A stretch of DNA of 64,000 nt from contig CAWDRG010000009.1 of the NCBI GenBank assembly GCA_963804645.1, positions 352,001 through 416,000 on the forward strand, written 5' to 3'. Positions 38,533-48,493 of this stretch are shown here, piece after piece. A program made the position numbers and the translations under genes. The notes under the pieces were generated by a model. It searched no databases. It had not been told where the DNA came from and saw only the letters and a program-made list of their open reading frames with translations. Source of the DNA: an uncultured Bacillota bacterium (GTDB taxonomy: Bacteria > Sysuimicrobiota > Sysuimicrobiia > Sysuimicrobiales > Segetimicrobiaceae). Within the stretch, counting starts at the first letter, position 1, and each line of letters starts with the position of its first letter.

Positions 38533-40212
38533 ATGAACGTGCTGATCATCATGAGCGACACGTTCCGGCGCGATCACCTGGCCGCGTACGAGGTGGAGGC
38601 GCCGTGGCGCCGCGCCGGCCGCTCGGGCGAACCCTTCATCCGCACGCCCCACCTGGACCGCCTGGCCGCGCAGTCCGCGCTGTTCGATCGATTCTACTGC
38701 GGCTCGTACCCCACGATCCCGTGCCGCTACGACCTGTTCGCGGGACGGTTCGGGTTCGTGACGCGCGGCTGGCAGCCGCTGGAGCCGGACGACCGCGTGC
38801 TGTCCGACCTGGTCGCCGAGGCCGGGGCCCTCCCGGCGATGATCTTCGATACCCCGATGCTCGCGGTCGACTCCTATAACTACATCCGCGGGTTCGCCGG
38901 ATGGGAGTTCATCCGCGGGCAGCACTCCGATCGGTACAACGTGGATCCGATCACCCCTCCGTACCCCGCGGCGCGCCACAAGCTGAAGAATCTCGGCGCG
39001 ACGCAGCTCTACCTCCGCAACACGGCCGCGCGCCGGCTGGAGCGGGATTGGATGTGCGCCCGCACGGCGGCGGCCACCTGCGAGTGGCTGGAGCGCAATC
39101 GTACGCGTGAGAACTTTGTCTTGTGGATCGACATGTGGGATCCGCACGAACCGTTCGACGCTCCCGAGTTTGACCTCGCCCGGTACGCCGATCCCGGGTT
39201 CCGGGGGGACTCGATCATCTACCCGATGTACGGACGGCCGACGTACATGTCCGAGGCGGAGCGCAACCACGTCCGGGCGCTCTACGGGGCACTGGTGACC
39301 GCGGTCGACCGGGCCGTCGGGCGCATCCTCGACACGGTCGAGACCGTCGGACTCGACCGCAACACCCTGGTGATCTTCCTGAGCGATCACGGGCACCTGT
39401 TCGGCGAGCACGGCCTCCAAGGCAAACCCACAGGACCCTTCGGCCAGCTCTACGAGGTCACGACCCGGGTGCCGCTGCTCATCCGCCACCCCGAGGGCCT
39501 CGGCGCGGGCCGGCGAATCCCGGCGCTCGCGCAGCACCCGGATCTCCTCCCGACCGTGCTGGAATTCCTCGGCATTCGGGCGCCGGACGCGGTTCAGGGG
39601 AAATCGCTGTGGCCGCTGATCCGCGGCGAAACGGAGGACCTGCGGGACGTCGCGGTGTCGGGACGGTACTCGAAGATCGCGGACGAGCCGCCGGGGACGT
39701 TCGTGCTTCGGTCGGACGCATCCGCCTTCGACGGGACCGCCGGGCTGGCGGTGCAGGCCGAGCCGATCACCGTAACGACGGACCGGTGGTCGTATCTGTG
39801 CCCGGCGCGGGGCGGCGGCGCGCGCGAGCTGTACGATCTGCGCGCCGACCCCGGTCAGACTGCGAACGTGCTGGAGCGGCACCCGGACGTCGCCGCGGAC
39901 CTTCACCGGGCGCTGCGCACGTTTCTCGAGCAGCACGGCGCTCCCCCCGAGCGCGTCGCCCTCTATCCGGCGGAGGCCCGTGTGCACGAACGCGAGACGC
40001 TAATCCCGCGGGACACCCTGCTGTACGCCGTGGAGCAGGACGACGGCCAGGTCTTCGCGTTTCTGGCGCGAAAGGACGCCGAGGCCCGGTTCGGCGGCGG
40101 CGCATCGGCGCCCGCGATCCGGGAGACGCGGCTCGGCGCCCTACGGCGCGATCGGCCGAAGGCACTCGTGCACATGGACGACCAGTACTACTGGGCAGAA
40201 GATCTCGCGTAG
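38533..40212 (+). CDS. Sulfatase-fold (alkaline phosphatase superfamily) hydrolase with TxPxR motif
   Basis: NVLIIMSDTFRRDH, SYPTIPCR, WDPHEPFD, LSDHG, ELYDLRADP. Confidence 0.85.
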   Translation: MNVLIIMSDTFRRDHLAAYEVEAPWRRAGRSGEPFIRTPHLDRLAAQSALFDRFYCGSYPTIPCRYDLFAGRFGFVTRGWQPLEPDDRVLSDLVAEAGALPAMIFDTPMLAVDSYNYIRGFAGWEFIRGQHSDRYNVDPITPPYPAARHKLKNLGATQLYLRNTAARRLERDWMCARTAAATCEWLERNRTRENFVLWIDMWDPHEPFDAPEFDLARYADPGFRGDSIIYPMYGRPTYMSEAERNHVRALYGALVTAVDRAVGRILDTVETVGLDRNTLVIFLSDHGHLFGEHGLQGKPTGPFGQLYEVTTRVPLLIRHPEGLGAGRRIPALAQHPDLLPTVLEFLGIRAPDAVQGKSLWPLIRGETEDLRDVAVSGRYSKIADEPPGTFVLRSDASAFDGTAGLAVQAEPITVTTDRWSYLCPARGGGARELYDLRADPGQTANVLERHPDVAADLHRALRTFLEQHGAPPERVALYPAEARVHERETLIPRDTLLYAVEQDDGQVFAFLARKDAEARFGGGASAPAIRETRLGALRRDRPKALVHMDDQYYWAEDLA

Positions 40213-40254
40213 GCCGCGCGGCCCGCGCGCATCGACGGCACGACAGGAGCGCCC

Positions 40255-42309
40255 ATGCAGACGAAGCTGACCCTCGCGATCACCGACCGCGACGCGTTCG
40301 CCGACGGCCGGGCGTTCGGAGGCACCGGAGCCTACGAGCGCGTCGTTGGGCGGGCGCACTTCGAGGTCGACCCCGAGGCTCCGGAACACCGGACCGTCGT
40401 CGACCTCGCGCACGCGCCGAGAACCGCGTACGGGCTAGTCGAGTTCACCGCGGACTTCTTCCTGCTGCGCCCGGCGTTCCTCGAGCGAGGGAACCGGCGC
40501 CTCCTCGCGGAGTTTTCCAACCGCGGGAACAAGCGCGCCCTCCAATTCTTCAACGACGCGCGCCACAGCAACGCGCCGCGGACGGTCGAGGACGCGGGCA
40601 ACGGGTTCTTGATGCGCCGGGGATACTCGGTCGGGTGGGTCGCGTGGCAGGCGGACGTGCTGCCCGGCGACGGCCGGTTGGTGCTCGACGTCCCCGTGGC
40701 CATGGACGGAAGCCGTCCGATCACCGGGCGGGTCCGCGCGGAGTTCATCGTGGACGAACCCGGCGCCTTCTCGCTGCCGTTGAGCGGCCGCACGTCGATG
40801 CACAGTTACCCCACGGCGACGCGGGACCAAACCGCGGCGGTGTTTACGCGGCGCGAGTACGCGAACGACCCCCGCGTGCTCATTCCGCCATCGGAGTGGG
40901 CGTTCGCCCGCGTCGAGAGCGGCGACGGCGAGTCGGCGGTGGTGCCCTCGGACAGCCACGTGTACCTCCGCGGCGGGTTTCGCCCCGGCTGGATCTACGA
41001 GCTCATCTATCCGGGCACCGCGCCGCGGGTCATGGGCCTCGGGTACGTGGCCGTCCGCGATCTCGTCGCCTTCCTCAAGTACGGGGAGCGCGACGCGGCG
41101 GGCGCGCCGAACCCACTCCGCGACGGCGGCGCCGGCATCGAGAAGGCCTACTGCTGGGGACGGTCCCAGGGCGGGCGGGTCATCCGGGAGTTCATCTACA
41201 GTGGGTTCAACGGCGACGGGGACGGCCGCCGCGTGTTCGACGGCGCGTTCCCCCACGTTGCGGGCGGCGGCCGGATGTGGCTCAACCACCGCTTCTCGCA
41301 GCCGTCGAGGCTCTCGGGCTCCCAGCACCAGGACTCGTCGTACTACGGAGACCGGTTCCCGTTCTCGTATGCCCGCTCGACAGATCACCTGACCGGGGCG
41401 ACCGACGCGATTCTCAAGCGGCCCGAGACCGACCCGCTCGTCATCCACACGCAGACATCGACGGAGTACTGGAGCCGCCGGGGGTCGCTCGTGCACACCG
41501 ACACCCACGGGAACGATCTCGCGCAGCCCGACGGCGTCCGGGTCTACCATTGGGCCAGTTCCCAGCACATGTCCGATCCGTGGATGCTGCGGCCGAGCAG
41601 GGACAAGGCGGGGCAGCAGCCCACCAACGTCGTCGGGACCTCGCCGCTCTTTCGCGCGCTCCTGGATCATCTCGACCGCTGGGCGACCGACGGGCGCATG
41701 CCGCCCCCGAGCCGCGTGCCGACACGGGCCGCCGGCCAGCTCGTGGAGTTCGAGACGTGGCGCGAGCAATTCCCGAGGATTCCCGCCGTCGCGCTGCCGC
41801 GCGAGCCCGCGCGCCTCGCGCTGTGGGACTACGGGCCGGACGAGGCGCACGGCCTCCTCACGCTCGAACCCCCGGCGGCGGATCCCGACCGCGCGTACAC
41901 GGTGCTGGTCCCCGCGGTCGACGCGGACGGCAACGAGATCGGGGGCATCCGGATGCCGATCGTCGAGGCGCCGCTCGGGACGTATACGGGCTGGAACGTT
42001 CGCGCGGCCGGCTTCAGCCCCGGGGTGCTCGTCGGGCTGCCAGGCAGCTACCTTCCGTTCCCGAGGACGCGGTCCGAGCGCGAGGCCACCGGCGATCCAA
42101 GGCGCGCGGTCGACGAGCGCTATCCGACCGACGAGGAGTTTGCCCGGGCGATCGAACGCGCGGCCGCGGCACTTGAGGAAGCGGGTCTGCTCCTGCCGGA
42201 GGACCGCGAGCGCATCATGGCGGCCGCGAAGCGGTGGGGACGCGAGGGCACGGTGTTTCCGCTGGTGGAATCGGGCGGGGATCCGGCCCGCAGAAATCCG
42301 CGCGAGTAG
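40255..42309 (+). CDS. Alpha/beta hydrolase domain-containing protein
   Basis: FGGTGAYER, NRGNK, AWQAD, GRSQGGR, EYWSRRGSL, DADGNEIGGIR. Confidence 0.8.
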   Translation: MQTKLTLAITDRDAFADGRAFGGTGAYERVVGRAHFEVDPEAPEHRTVVDLAHAPRTAYGLVEFTADFFLLRPAFLERGNRRLLAEFSNRGNKRALQFFNDARHSNAPRTVEDAGNGFLMRRGYSVGWVAWQADVLPGDGRLVLDVPVAMDGSRPITGRVRAEFIVDEPGAFSLPLSGRTSMHSYPTATRDQTAAVFTRREYANDPRVLIPPSEWAFARVESGDGESAVVPSDSHVYLRGGFRPGWIYELIYPGTAPRVMGLGYVAVRDLVAFLKYGERDAAGAPNPLRDGGAGIEKAYCWGRSQGGRVIREFIYSGFNGDGDGRRVFDGAFPHVAGGGRMWLNHRFSQPSRLSGSQHQDSSYYGDRFPFSYARSTDHLTGATDAILKRPETDPLVIHTQTSTEYWSRRGSLVHTDTHGNDLAQPDGVRVYHWASSQHMSDPWMLRPSRDKAGQQPTNVVGTSPLFRALLDHLDRWATDGRMPPPSRVPTRAAGQLVEFETWREQFPRIPAVALPREPARLALWDYGPDEAHGLLTLEPPAADPDRAYTVLVPAVDADGNEIGGIRMPIVEAPLGTYTGWNVRAAGFSPGVLVGLPGSYLPFPRTRSEREATGDPRRAVDERYPTDEEFARAIERAAAALEEAGLLLPEDRERIMAAAKRWGREGTVFPLVESGGDPARRNPRE

Positions 42310-42312
42310 TCC

Positions 42313-43074
42313 ATGCCGCCCGCGCCGGATCCGCTGCCGACGGAGGTGGCCGCCGGAGTCTTCCGCTGCGGCACAACCCTCGTCAACTGGTATCTCGTCG
42401 CCGCGGACGAAGGGGTGACGATCGTCGACGCCGGCCTCGCGGGGTACCGCGCCCAGCTGCCGGCGGCGGTGGAAGGCATCGGCCGGACCCTCGGCGACGT
42501 GCGGGCGATCGTGCTGACGCATGCCCATCTCGACCACATCGGCTTCGCCGAATGGTGGCGCCGCCGGCTCGACATCCCCGTCTACGTCCACGCCGACGAC
42601 GAGGAAGCGGCGCGGACCGGCCGGCGCCAGCGCCCCGACGAGCCGGTCCCGATGCTACCGTACCTCCGATATCGCGGCCTCTACCGGCTGCTGGCGCACT
42701 TCGTTCGCTACGGGGCGCGGATCACGCCGGTCCAGCGGCTCCGGACCTACGCGGACGGGGACGCGCTCGACGTGCCCGGACGCCCGCGCGTCATCCATAC
42801 CCCGGGCCACACGCGCGGGCACTCGGCGCTGTACTTCGAGCACCATGGGACGCTCATGGTCGGGGACGCGTTCTGCACGTACAACCCGGTGACCGGTGGG
42901 CTGGGCCCGCAGCTGCTGCCTCGCGCGTTCAACGTGAATACCACGCGGGCGCTCGCGTCGCTCGAACGGCTGCGCGGCTCAGCGGCCTCGGTCGCGCTCT
43001 GCGGTCACGGAGACCCGTGGACCGCCACCGTGGGCGCGGCGGTGTCCGAGGTCGAGCGGCGCCGGCCCGTGTAA
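42313..43074 (+). CDS. MBL-fold metallo-hydrolase
   Basis: THAHLDHIG, TPGHTRGH, GDA, GHG. Confidence 0.9.
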   Translation: MPPAPDPLPTEVAAGVFRCGTTLVNWYLVAADEGVTIVDAGLAGYRAQLPAAVEGIGRTLGDVRAIVLTHAHLDHIGFAEWWRRRLDIPVYVHADDEEAARTGRRQRPDEPVPMLPYLRYRGLYRLLAHFVRYGARITPVQRLRTYADGDALDVPGRPRVIHTPGHTRGHSALYFEHHGTLMVGDAFCTYNPVTGGLGPQLLPRAFNVNTTRALASLERLRGSAASVALCGHGDPWTATVGAAVSEVERRRPV

Positions 43075-43081
43075 TGCGCCC

Positions 43082-43849
43082 GTGATCGTGTCCCAACTGC
43101 TCGCCCTGTACGATGCCGAGATGCGCGCCGATCCGCCGCCCGATCCGCGCGTGCGCTTCGAGCGCGCCGGGGCGGTGGTCCGCGAGATCGGCGACCCGCA
43201 CTGCGTCATCTACGCCGACTTGACCGGGGCCGACGCCGACACGGTCATCGCCGACCAGGCGGCGTTCGCTCGCGCGACGGGCACGGGCGTCGCGTGGAAG
43301 GTGTTCGGGCACGACCGTCCGCCGGACCTCGGACGCCGTCTCCGCGCCGCCGGGTTCGCGCCCGGTGAGCCGGAGACCCTGATGGCGTTCGATCTCGCAG
43401 CGGGCGCGCCGCAGGCACCGCACGCCCCCGGGGTGGAGGCCAGGCGCGTCGCCAGCCACGCGGATCTCGCGGAGTGGGCCGCGGTCAGCGGCGCGTCGTT
43501 CGGCCGGGACGATCGCTGGAGGATCGAGGGCTACGCCACACGGCTCGCGGACCCGACCATCGGGCTGTTCCTCGCGTGGGCGGACGGCCGAGCCGTCGCA
43601 TCCGCGCGTCTCGAATTACCGCCCGGGCGGTCCATCGCCTCGCTGTGGGGCGGCGGGACGCTGCCGGCGTACCGCGGCCGGGGCGTCTACCGATTGCTCG
43701 TCGCCGCACGGGGGGAGGAAGCCCTTCGCCGCGGCTACCGCTACCTGACGGTCGAAGCCCGCGGCACCAGCCGCCCCATTCTCGCGCGCCTCGGCTTCGT
43801 ACCGCTGACGGAGATCACGGAGTGGACCCTTCCGGCGGCGCCGGAATAG
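43082..43849 (+). CDS. GNAT family N-acetyltransferase
   Basis: LWGGGTLPAYRGRGVY, SRPILARLGF. Confidence 0.85.
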   Translation: MIVSQLLALYDAEMRADPPPDPRVRFERAGAVVREIGDPHCVIYADLTGADADTVIADQAAFARATGTGVAWKVFGHDRPPDLGRRLRAAGFAPGEPETLMAFDLAAGAPQAPHAPGVEARRVASHADLAEWAAVSGASFGRDDRWRIEGYATRLADPTIGLFLAWADGRAVASARLELPPGRSIASLWGGGTLPAYRGRGVYRLLVAARGEEALRRGYRYLTVEARGTSRPILARLGFVPLTEITEWTLPAAPE

Positions 43850-43864
43850 GTCGCGGGGCCCGCA

Positions 43865-45100
43865 TCACGGCATGACGATCGCGTGCGTGGCCAGCGCGGG
43901 CGGCCAGACGAGCGCGCGGGTGCGCGGCGCCACCCACTCCCAGATCACGCTCGCGGCCCTGGTATTCTCTCCCGCGAGCGTCGAGCCGTCGGCACCGAAC
44001 GCGAGCCCGCTGCCGTTCGGGAGCGCGCCGACCGGCAGCACGGTCCGGCGGGCGGCGTCGGCGATGTCCGCCGGGGACAGGGTGCCCCCGGCCGGAAGGA
44101 TGTCCTGGAACAGCGCGATCCCGCCGGAGAATCCGGACAGGGCAGGCTCCCACAGCGGGTGCCCGTACTGGCGCCGGAACTCGGCCCGGGCCCACTGCAG
44201 CTGCTGCGCCGCCTGGGGCGCCAGCGCGCCGGCCGGCAGCAGATCCCCGGTCTTGTCGGACGAGAACACGCCGACGGCATCCGCCCCAAGCTTCTCCCCG
44301 AATTCCGGCATGATGTACGCCGAGCACCCGCCGATGTTCACCGCGAGGGGCACGCGGGCGCGAAGCACGGCCTCGCGGAGGCCCACGGCGTTCTCCATGT
44401 AGGCGGCCACGATCAGGACGTCGGTGTGGGCCCGCGCGATCGCCGCGGCCAGCGCCCCGTAGTCGGCGTGCCAGGGATCGTACGGCAGCGTCGCCGCCAG
44501 CGGTAGATGCAGCCGGTGGATCTCCGCGATCTCGCCGCCGGCCTCAGCCCGGCCAAACCCGTCGTTGACGTAGGCGACGGTGTACCGGAGCGGCGCGGTG
44601 CGGTGCCAGCGGGGGGCGAGTTCCTGTTCCACGAAGTCAACGGCCTGCCGGCCGAGCACGGGTCCGCTCGGGGCCACGCGGAAGAAGTGGCGGCCGGGAT
44701 CCGCGGCGGGACCGATCTCGCCGACGGCGCCGGTCTCCCAGTACACGAGCCCAAGACGCGACGCGGTCTCCGCCGCCGGACGGGCCAGCACGCTGCCGTA
44801 GGTCCCGACGATCGTCGAGACTCCGCTCTCCGCGAGCTGCTCGACGGCACCAGGCGCCGCGTCGACGGAGTCCGCCGGCGCAAGCCGGATCTGGACGGCA
44901 CGGCCGTGGACGCCGCCGTGCTGATTGACGTACGCGGCCGCCAGCAGCAGCCCGTGATATTCGTCGATCCCGGCGCCCACCGCTCCCTGCGGCCCTCCGG
45001 TGGGATACACCGCGCCGATGACGATGGGGCGCTCCTGTCCCTCCGCGCCGGCCCACGCGACCACCACCAGAAGCAGGACAACCATCACGATCCGCCGCAT
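43865..45100 (-). CDS. Branched-chain amino acid-type ABC substrate-binding protein
   Basis: Signal peptide MRRIVMVVLLLVVVAWAGA; IVIGAVYP, NQHGGVHGR, VGTYGS, FFRVAP. Confidence 0.8.
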   Translation of the reverse strand: MRRIVMVVLLLVVVAWAGAEGQERPIVIGAVYPTGGPQGAVGAGIDEYHGLLLAAAYVNQHGGVHGRAVQIRLAPADSVDAAPGAVEQLAESGVSTIVGTYGSVLARPAAETASRLGLVYWETGAVGEIGPAADPGRHFFRVAPSGPVLGRQAVDFVEQELAPRWHRTAPLRYTVAYVNDGFGRAEAGGEIAEIHRLHLPLAATLPYDPWHADYGALAAAIARAHTDVLIVAAYMENAVGLREAVLRARVPLAVNIGGCSAYIMPEFGEKLGADAVGVFSSDKTGDLLPAGALAPQAAQQLQWARAEFRRQYGHPLWEPALSGFSGGIALFQDILPAGGTLSPADIADAARRTVLPVGALPNGSGLAFGADGSTLAGENTRAASVIWEWVAPRTRALVWPPALATHAIVMP

Positions 45101-45239
45101 GCGTCTCACCTCGATGCGTACGCAGTTTGACGGCAGCGCCGCATCCCCCTGTCCTCGGACCGCGGCGGCAGCAGGCCGGTCGGGACAGGCCTCCGAACTA
45201 CGCAGATCACACCGCCATTCGCGGCATAGGTGAGGCTGG

Positions 45240-46211
45240 ATGAACACCCCCACGGTGCTGATCATCATCGACCCGCTGGTGCCGGCGGCCGCGCGCGCGC
45301 GATTCCTCCAAGCCGTCACCGATGCGGCGCCGATCGCCCGCGTGCTGAGCGCCGAGACCCCGAAGGACGTGCTTCGCCACGCGGCCGACGCCGAAGTCAT
45401 CGCCGGCCTGCGGGTCACCGCGCCGATGATCGAACGCGCGCCCCGGCTCCGCTGGGTCCACGCGTTCGGCGCCGGGGTCGATCAGCTGGTGTCGGTCCCG
45501 GGCGTGCGCGACGGCCGCATCGTCCTTACGCGCACCGTCGGCGCCTTCTCGCCGATCCCCGAACACGTTCTGGCGCTCGCGCTCGCGTTCTCCCGCCGGC
45601 TCCACGTCGCCGTTCGGAACCAGCTCGCGCACCGCTGGGACCGCCCGGCCGCGATCGGCTGGGAGCTCCACGGTCAGGTGATGGGCATCCTGGGCCTCGG
45701 CCAGATCGGGCAGGCGCTCGCCTCCCGCGCCGCATCGCTCGGGATGCGCGTCATCGGCGTCAAGCGCACGCCGGAGCCGCTGCCGCACGTCGACCGCGTG
45801 CTGCCGCCGGACCGGATCGACGAGGTCCTGCGCGACGCGGATGTCGTGGTCGCGCTGCTGCCGCTCACACCGGCCACCCGCGGCCTCCTCGGCGAACGAG
45901 AGTTCCGGCTGATGAAGCCGACCGCGGTGTTCATCAACGTCGCCCGCGGCGCCATCGTGCAGGAGCCGGCGCTGCTCACCGCCCTGCGAAGCGGATGGAT
46001 CGCCGCCGCGGGCCTCGACGTGTTCGACGAGGAGCCGCTGCCCCCCGATCATCCGTTCTACGAACTCGAACACGTGATCCTGACGCCGCACGTGTCCGCG
46101 GCGAGCCCCAGGGTCTTCGACCAGATGGCCGCGGTGTTCGCCGAGAACCTGCGCCGCTACGTCGCCGGCGAGCCGCTCCTGCACGTCGTCGACGCCGCCC
46201 GCGGGTATTGA
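45240..46211 (+). CDS. D-2-hydroxyacid dehydrogenase
   Basis: GILGLGQIG, INVARG, LDVFDEEPL, TPHVS. Confidence 0.92.
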   Translation: MNTPTVLIIIDPLVPAAARARFLQAVTDAAPIARVLSAETPKDVLRHAADAEVIAGLRVTAPMIERAPRLRWVHAFGAGVDQLVSVPGVRDGRIVLTRTVGAFSPIPEHVLALALAFSRRLHVAVRNQLAHRWDRPAAIGWELHGQVMGILGLGQIGQALASRAASLGMRVIGVKRTPEPLPHVDRVLPPDRIDEVLRDADVVVALLPLTPATRGLLGEREFRLMKPTAVFINVARGAIVQEPALLTALRSGWIAAAGLDVFDEEPLPPDHPFYELEHVILTPHVSAASPRVFDQMAAVFAENLRRYVAGEPLLHVVDAARGY

Positions 46212-46292
46212 ACACGCCGCCCGCGGCGTTGACCGGAGCGGGAGCAGCACGGGACGCGCACGAGGGAAATATCTCATCACAGGGGGGCAGTC

Positions 46293-47156
46293 ATGAGTGT
46301 GGTCCAGGGCACGCAGGCGACGTTTCACATGCCGGCGGTCGCCGGCCTCAACCGCCTCACGCTCCGCGTGCGAGATCTCGATACCGTCTTGAAGTTCTAC
46401 ACCGATGCGCTCGGGCTGCCGGTGCGGCAGCGGGACGGCCATCGGGTGGAGCTCGCGCCGGACGGCCGTGCATTCACGCTCGAGCTCGTCCACGCTCCGG
46501 ATGCGCCCGTGCGGCCGCATCCGTCGATCGGCCTGTACCATTTCGCGCTGCTGCTGCCTGATCGCGCCGCGCTGGCCGCCGTGATTCGCCGCCTGATGGC
46601 CGCCGGTCGGCCGCCGGACGGCGCGAGCGACCACCGCGTATCCGAGGCGTTCTATCTGAGCGACCCCGAGGGCAATGGGATCGAGCTGTACCGCGACCGC
46701 TCCCGCGCAGAATGGCCTGCGCGCGACGGGGGGGTGGACATGTCGACGCTGGCGCTCGACGTGGCGGGCCTTCTGGCCGAGTCGCGCGACCCCGGGCCGC
46801 TGTCTCCGGCGACGACCTTTGGGCACATCCACCTGCACGTGGCGGACCTCGCTGAGGGCGAGCGCTTCTACGTGGGAGCCCTGGGTCTCGATGTGACCAC
46901 TCGATCCTACTCGGGTGCGCTGTTCTTCTCGGCCGGCGGCTACCACCACCACGTCGGCGTCAATCTGTGGGCGCGCGGCCGGCGCGCCCCCGAGAACGCG
47001 ACCGGCCTCGTCCGCTACGGCTGGACCGTGCCGGCCGGGACGCTCACCGCCCTCCGGGCCCACCTGGACGGCGCCGGGGTGCCGTATCGGGACGTCGAGT
47101 CGGGGATCGAAATCCGCGATCCCGCGGGCGTCGGCGTCGACGTGACCGAGGCATGA
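46293..47156 (+). CDS. VOC family protein (CatE-like)
   Basis: GLYHFALL, SDHRVSEAFYLSDPEGNGIELYRDR, GHIHL, GGYHHHVGVN. Confidence 0.88.
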   Translation: MSVVQGTQATFHMPAVAGLNRLTLRVRDLDTVLKFYTDALGLPVRQRDGHRVELAPDGRAFTLELVHAPDAPVRPHPSIGLYHFALLLPDRAALAAVIRRLMAAGRPPDGASDHRVSEAFYLSDPEGNGIELYRDRSRAEWPARDGGVDMSTLALDVAGLLAESRDPGPLSPATTFGHIHLHVADLAEGERFYVGALGLDVTTRSYSGALFFSAGGYHHHVGVNLWARGRRAPENATGLVRYGWTVPAGTLTALRAHLDGAGVPYRDVESGIEIRDPAGVGVDVTEA

Positions 47157-47163
47157 TCCCGCG

Positions 47164-48390
47164 GTGACGACCTGCTGCATCGCCGGGTGCGGGCCGGCGG
47201 GCGCGGTGCTCGGGCTGCTGCTTGCCCGGGCGGGCGTCGACGTGCTCGTGCTCGAAAAGCACGGCGACTTCCTGCGCGACTTCCGCGGCGACACGATCCA
47301 CCCGTCGACCCTCGACATTCTGGACGATCTCGGCCTCGCGGACCGGTTCCTGTCGCTGCCGCACAGCCAGGTCTCCAAGTTCACGCTCCGCACGACCTCC
47401 GGGCAGGCGGTCCAGATCGACATGGGGGCGCTCCACACCAAGTATCCGTTTATCGCGTTCGTGCCCCAGTGGGACTTTCTGACATTCGTCACCAACGAGG
47501 CGCGCCGCTATCCGGGGTTTCAGCTGCTCATGAACGCGGAAGTGGTCGACCTCATCCAGGAAGACGGCGTCGTGCGCGGCGTTCGATACCGCACCGCCTC
47601 GGGCGAGGACTCCGTGCGGGCCCTGCTGACCGTCGGCGCGGACGGAAGATCGTCCCGCACCCGGGAGGCGGCGGGGCTGCCCCGGGTCGTCATGTCGCCG
47701 CCGATGGACGTGCTGTGGTTCCGCATATCCCGCCGCAGCGAGGATGAGGGCAACCTGTTCGCGATCGTCGGTCCCGGACACTTCATCGTGATGTTTGACC
47801 GCGGGGAGTACTGGCAGGTCGGCTATGTCATCCCAAAGGGCGGCGCGGATGCCGTGCGTGCCGCGGGACTGGAGGCGTTCCGGCAGTCCGTCGCGGCGCT
47901 GGTCCCGGCCTTCGCCGACCGCGTTGAGGAGCTGCGGGACTGGGACCAAATCCGGCTGCTCGCCGTGCGCGCGGACCGGCTGACGCGCTGGTACCGGCCT
48001 GGCTATCTCGCGATCGGAGACTGCGCCCACGCGATGTCCCCGGTCGCGGGAGTCGGCATCAACGTGGCGATCCAGGACGCGACGGCCGCCGCGAACGTCC
48101 TGTGGGGGCCGCTCAGCCGCGGGCGCGTCACGACGGCGGATCTCGCGGAGGTCCAGCGGCGCCGTGAACTCCCCGTGCGCGTCGTGCAGACGATGCAGGC
48201 CTTCATCCAGCGGCGGATGCTGAGCCGGGCGCTGTCGGCGAACGGGCGCCAGCCCGGCATTCCGCCGGTCCTCCGCGCCGCGCTCGCGGCACCGGGACTG
48301 CGGCGCGTGCTGCCGAGTCTCGTGGCATTCGGGGTGTTCAGGCCGCGCGTGAAGAGCCCCGTGCGTGCGGCGGCCTCCGGCGCGGCGTGA
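47164..48390 (+). CDS. FAD-dependent oxidoreductase
   Basis: IAGCGPAG, DFLRDFRGDT, GADG, IGDCAHAMSPVAGVGIN. Confidence 0.9.
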   Translation: MTTCCIAGCGPAGAVLGLLLARAGVDVLVLEKHGDFLRDFRGDTIHPSTLDILDDLGLADRFLSLPHSQVSKFTLRTTSGQAVQIDMGALHTKYPFIAFVPQWDFLTFVTNEARRYPGFQLLMNAEVVDLIQEDGVVRGVRYRTASGEDSVRALLTVGADGRSSRTREAAGLPRVVMSPPMDVLWFRISRRSEDEGNLFAIVGPGHFIVMFDRGEYWQVGYVIPKGGADAVRAAGLEAFRQSVAALVPAFADRVEELRDWDQIRLLAVRADRLTRWYRPGYLAIGDCAHAMSPVAGVGINVAIQDATAAANVLWGPLSRGRVTTADLAEVQRRRELPVRVVQTMQAFIQRRMLSRALSANGRQPGIPPVLRAALAAPGLRRVLPSLVAFGVFRPRVKSPVRAAASGAA

Positions 48391-48493
48391 CCGCGCGCCG
48401 GGAGCGTGCGCGGCGGTCTCGGGGAGTTCACCGCCGGCACGGCGAAGCATACGCCGACTCGTCCGGAACTCCGCCTGACCGAGGAGGCCGCCC

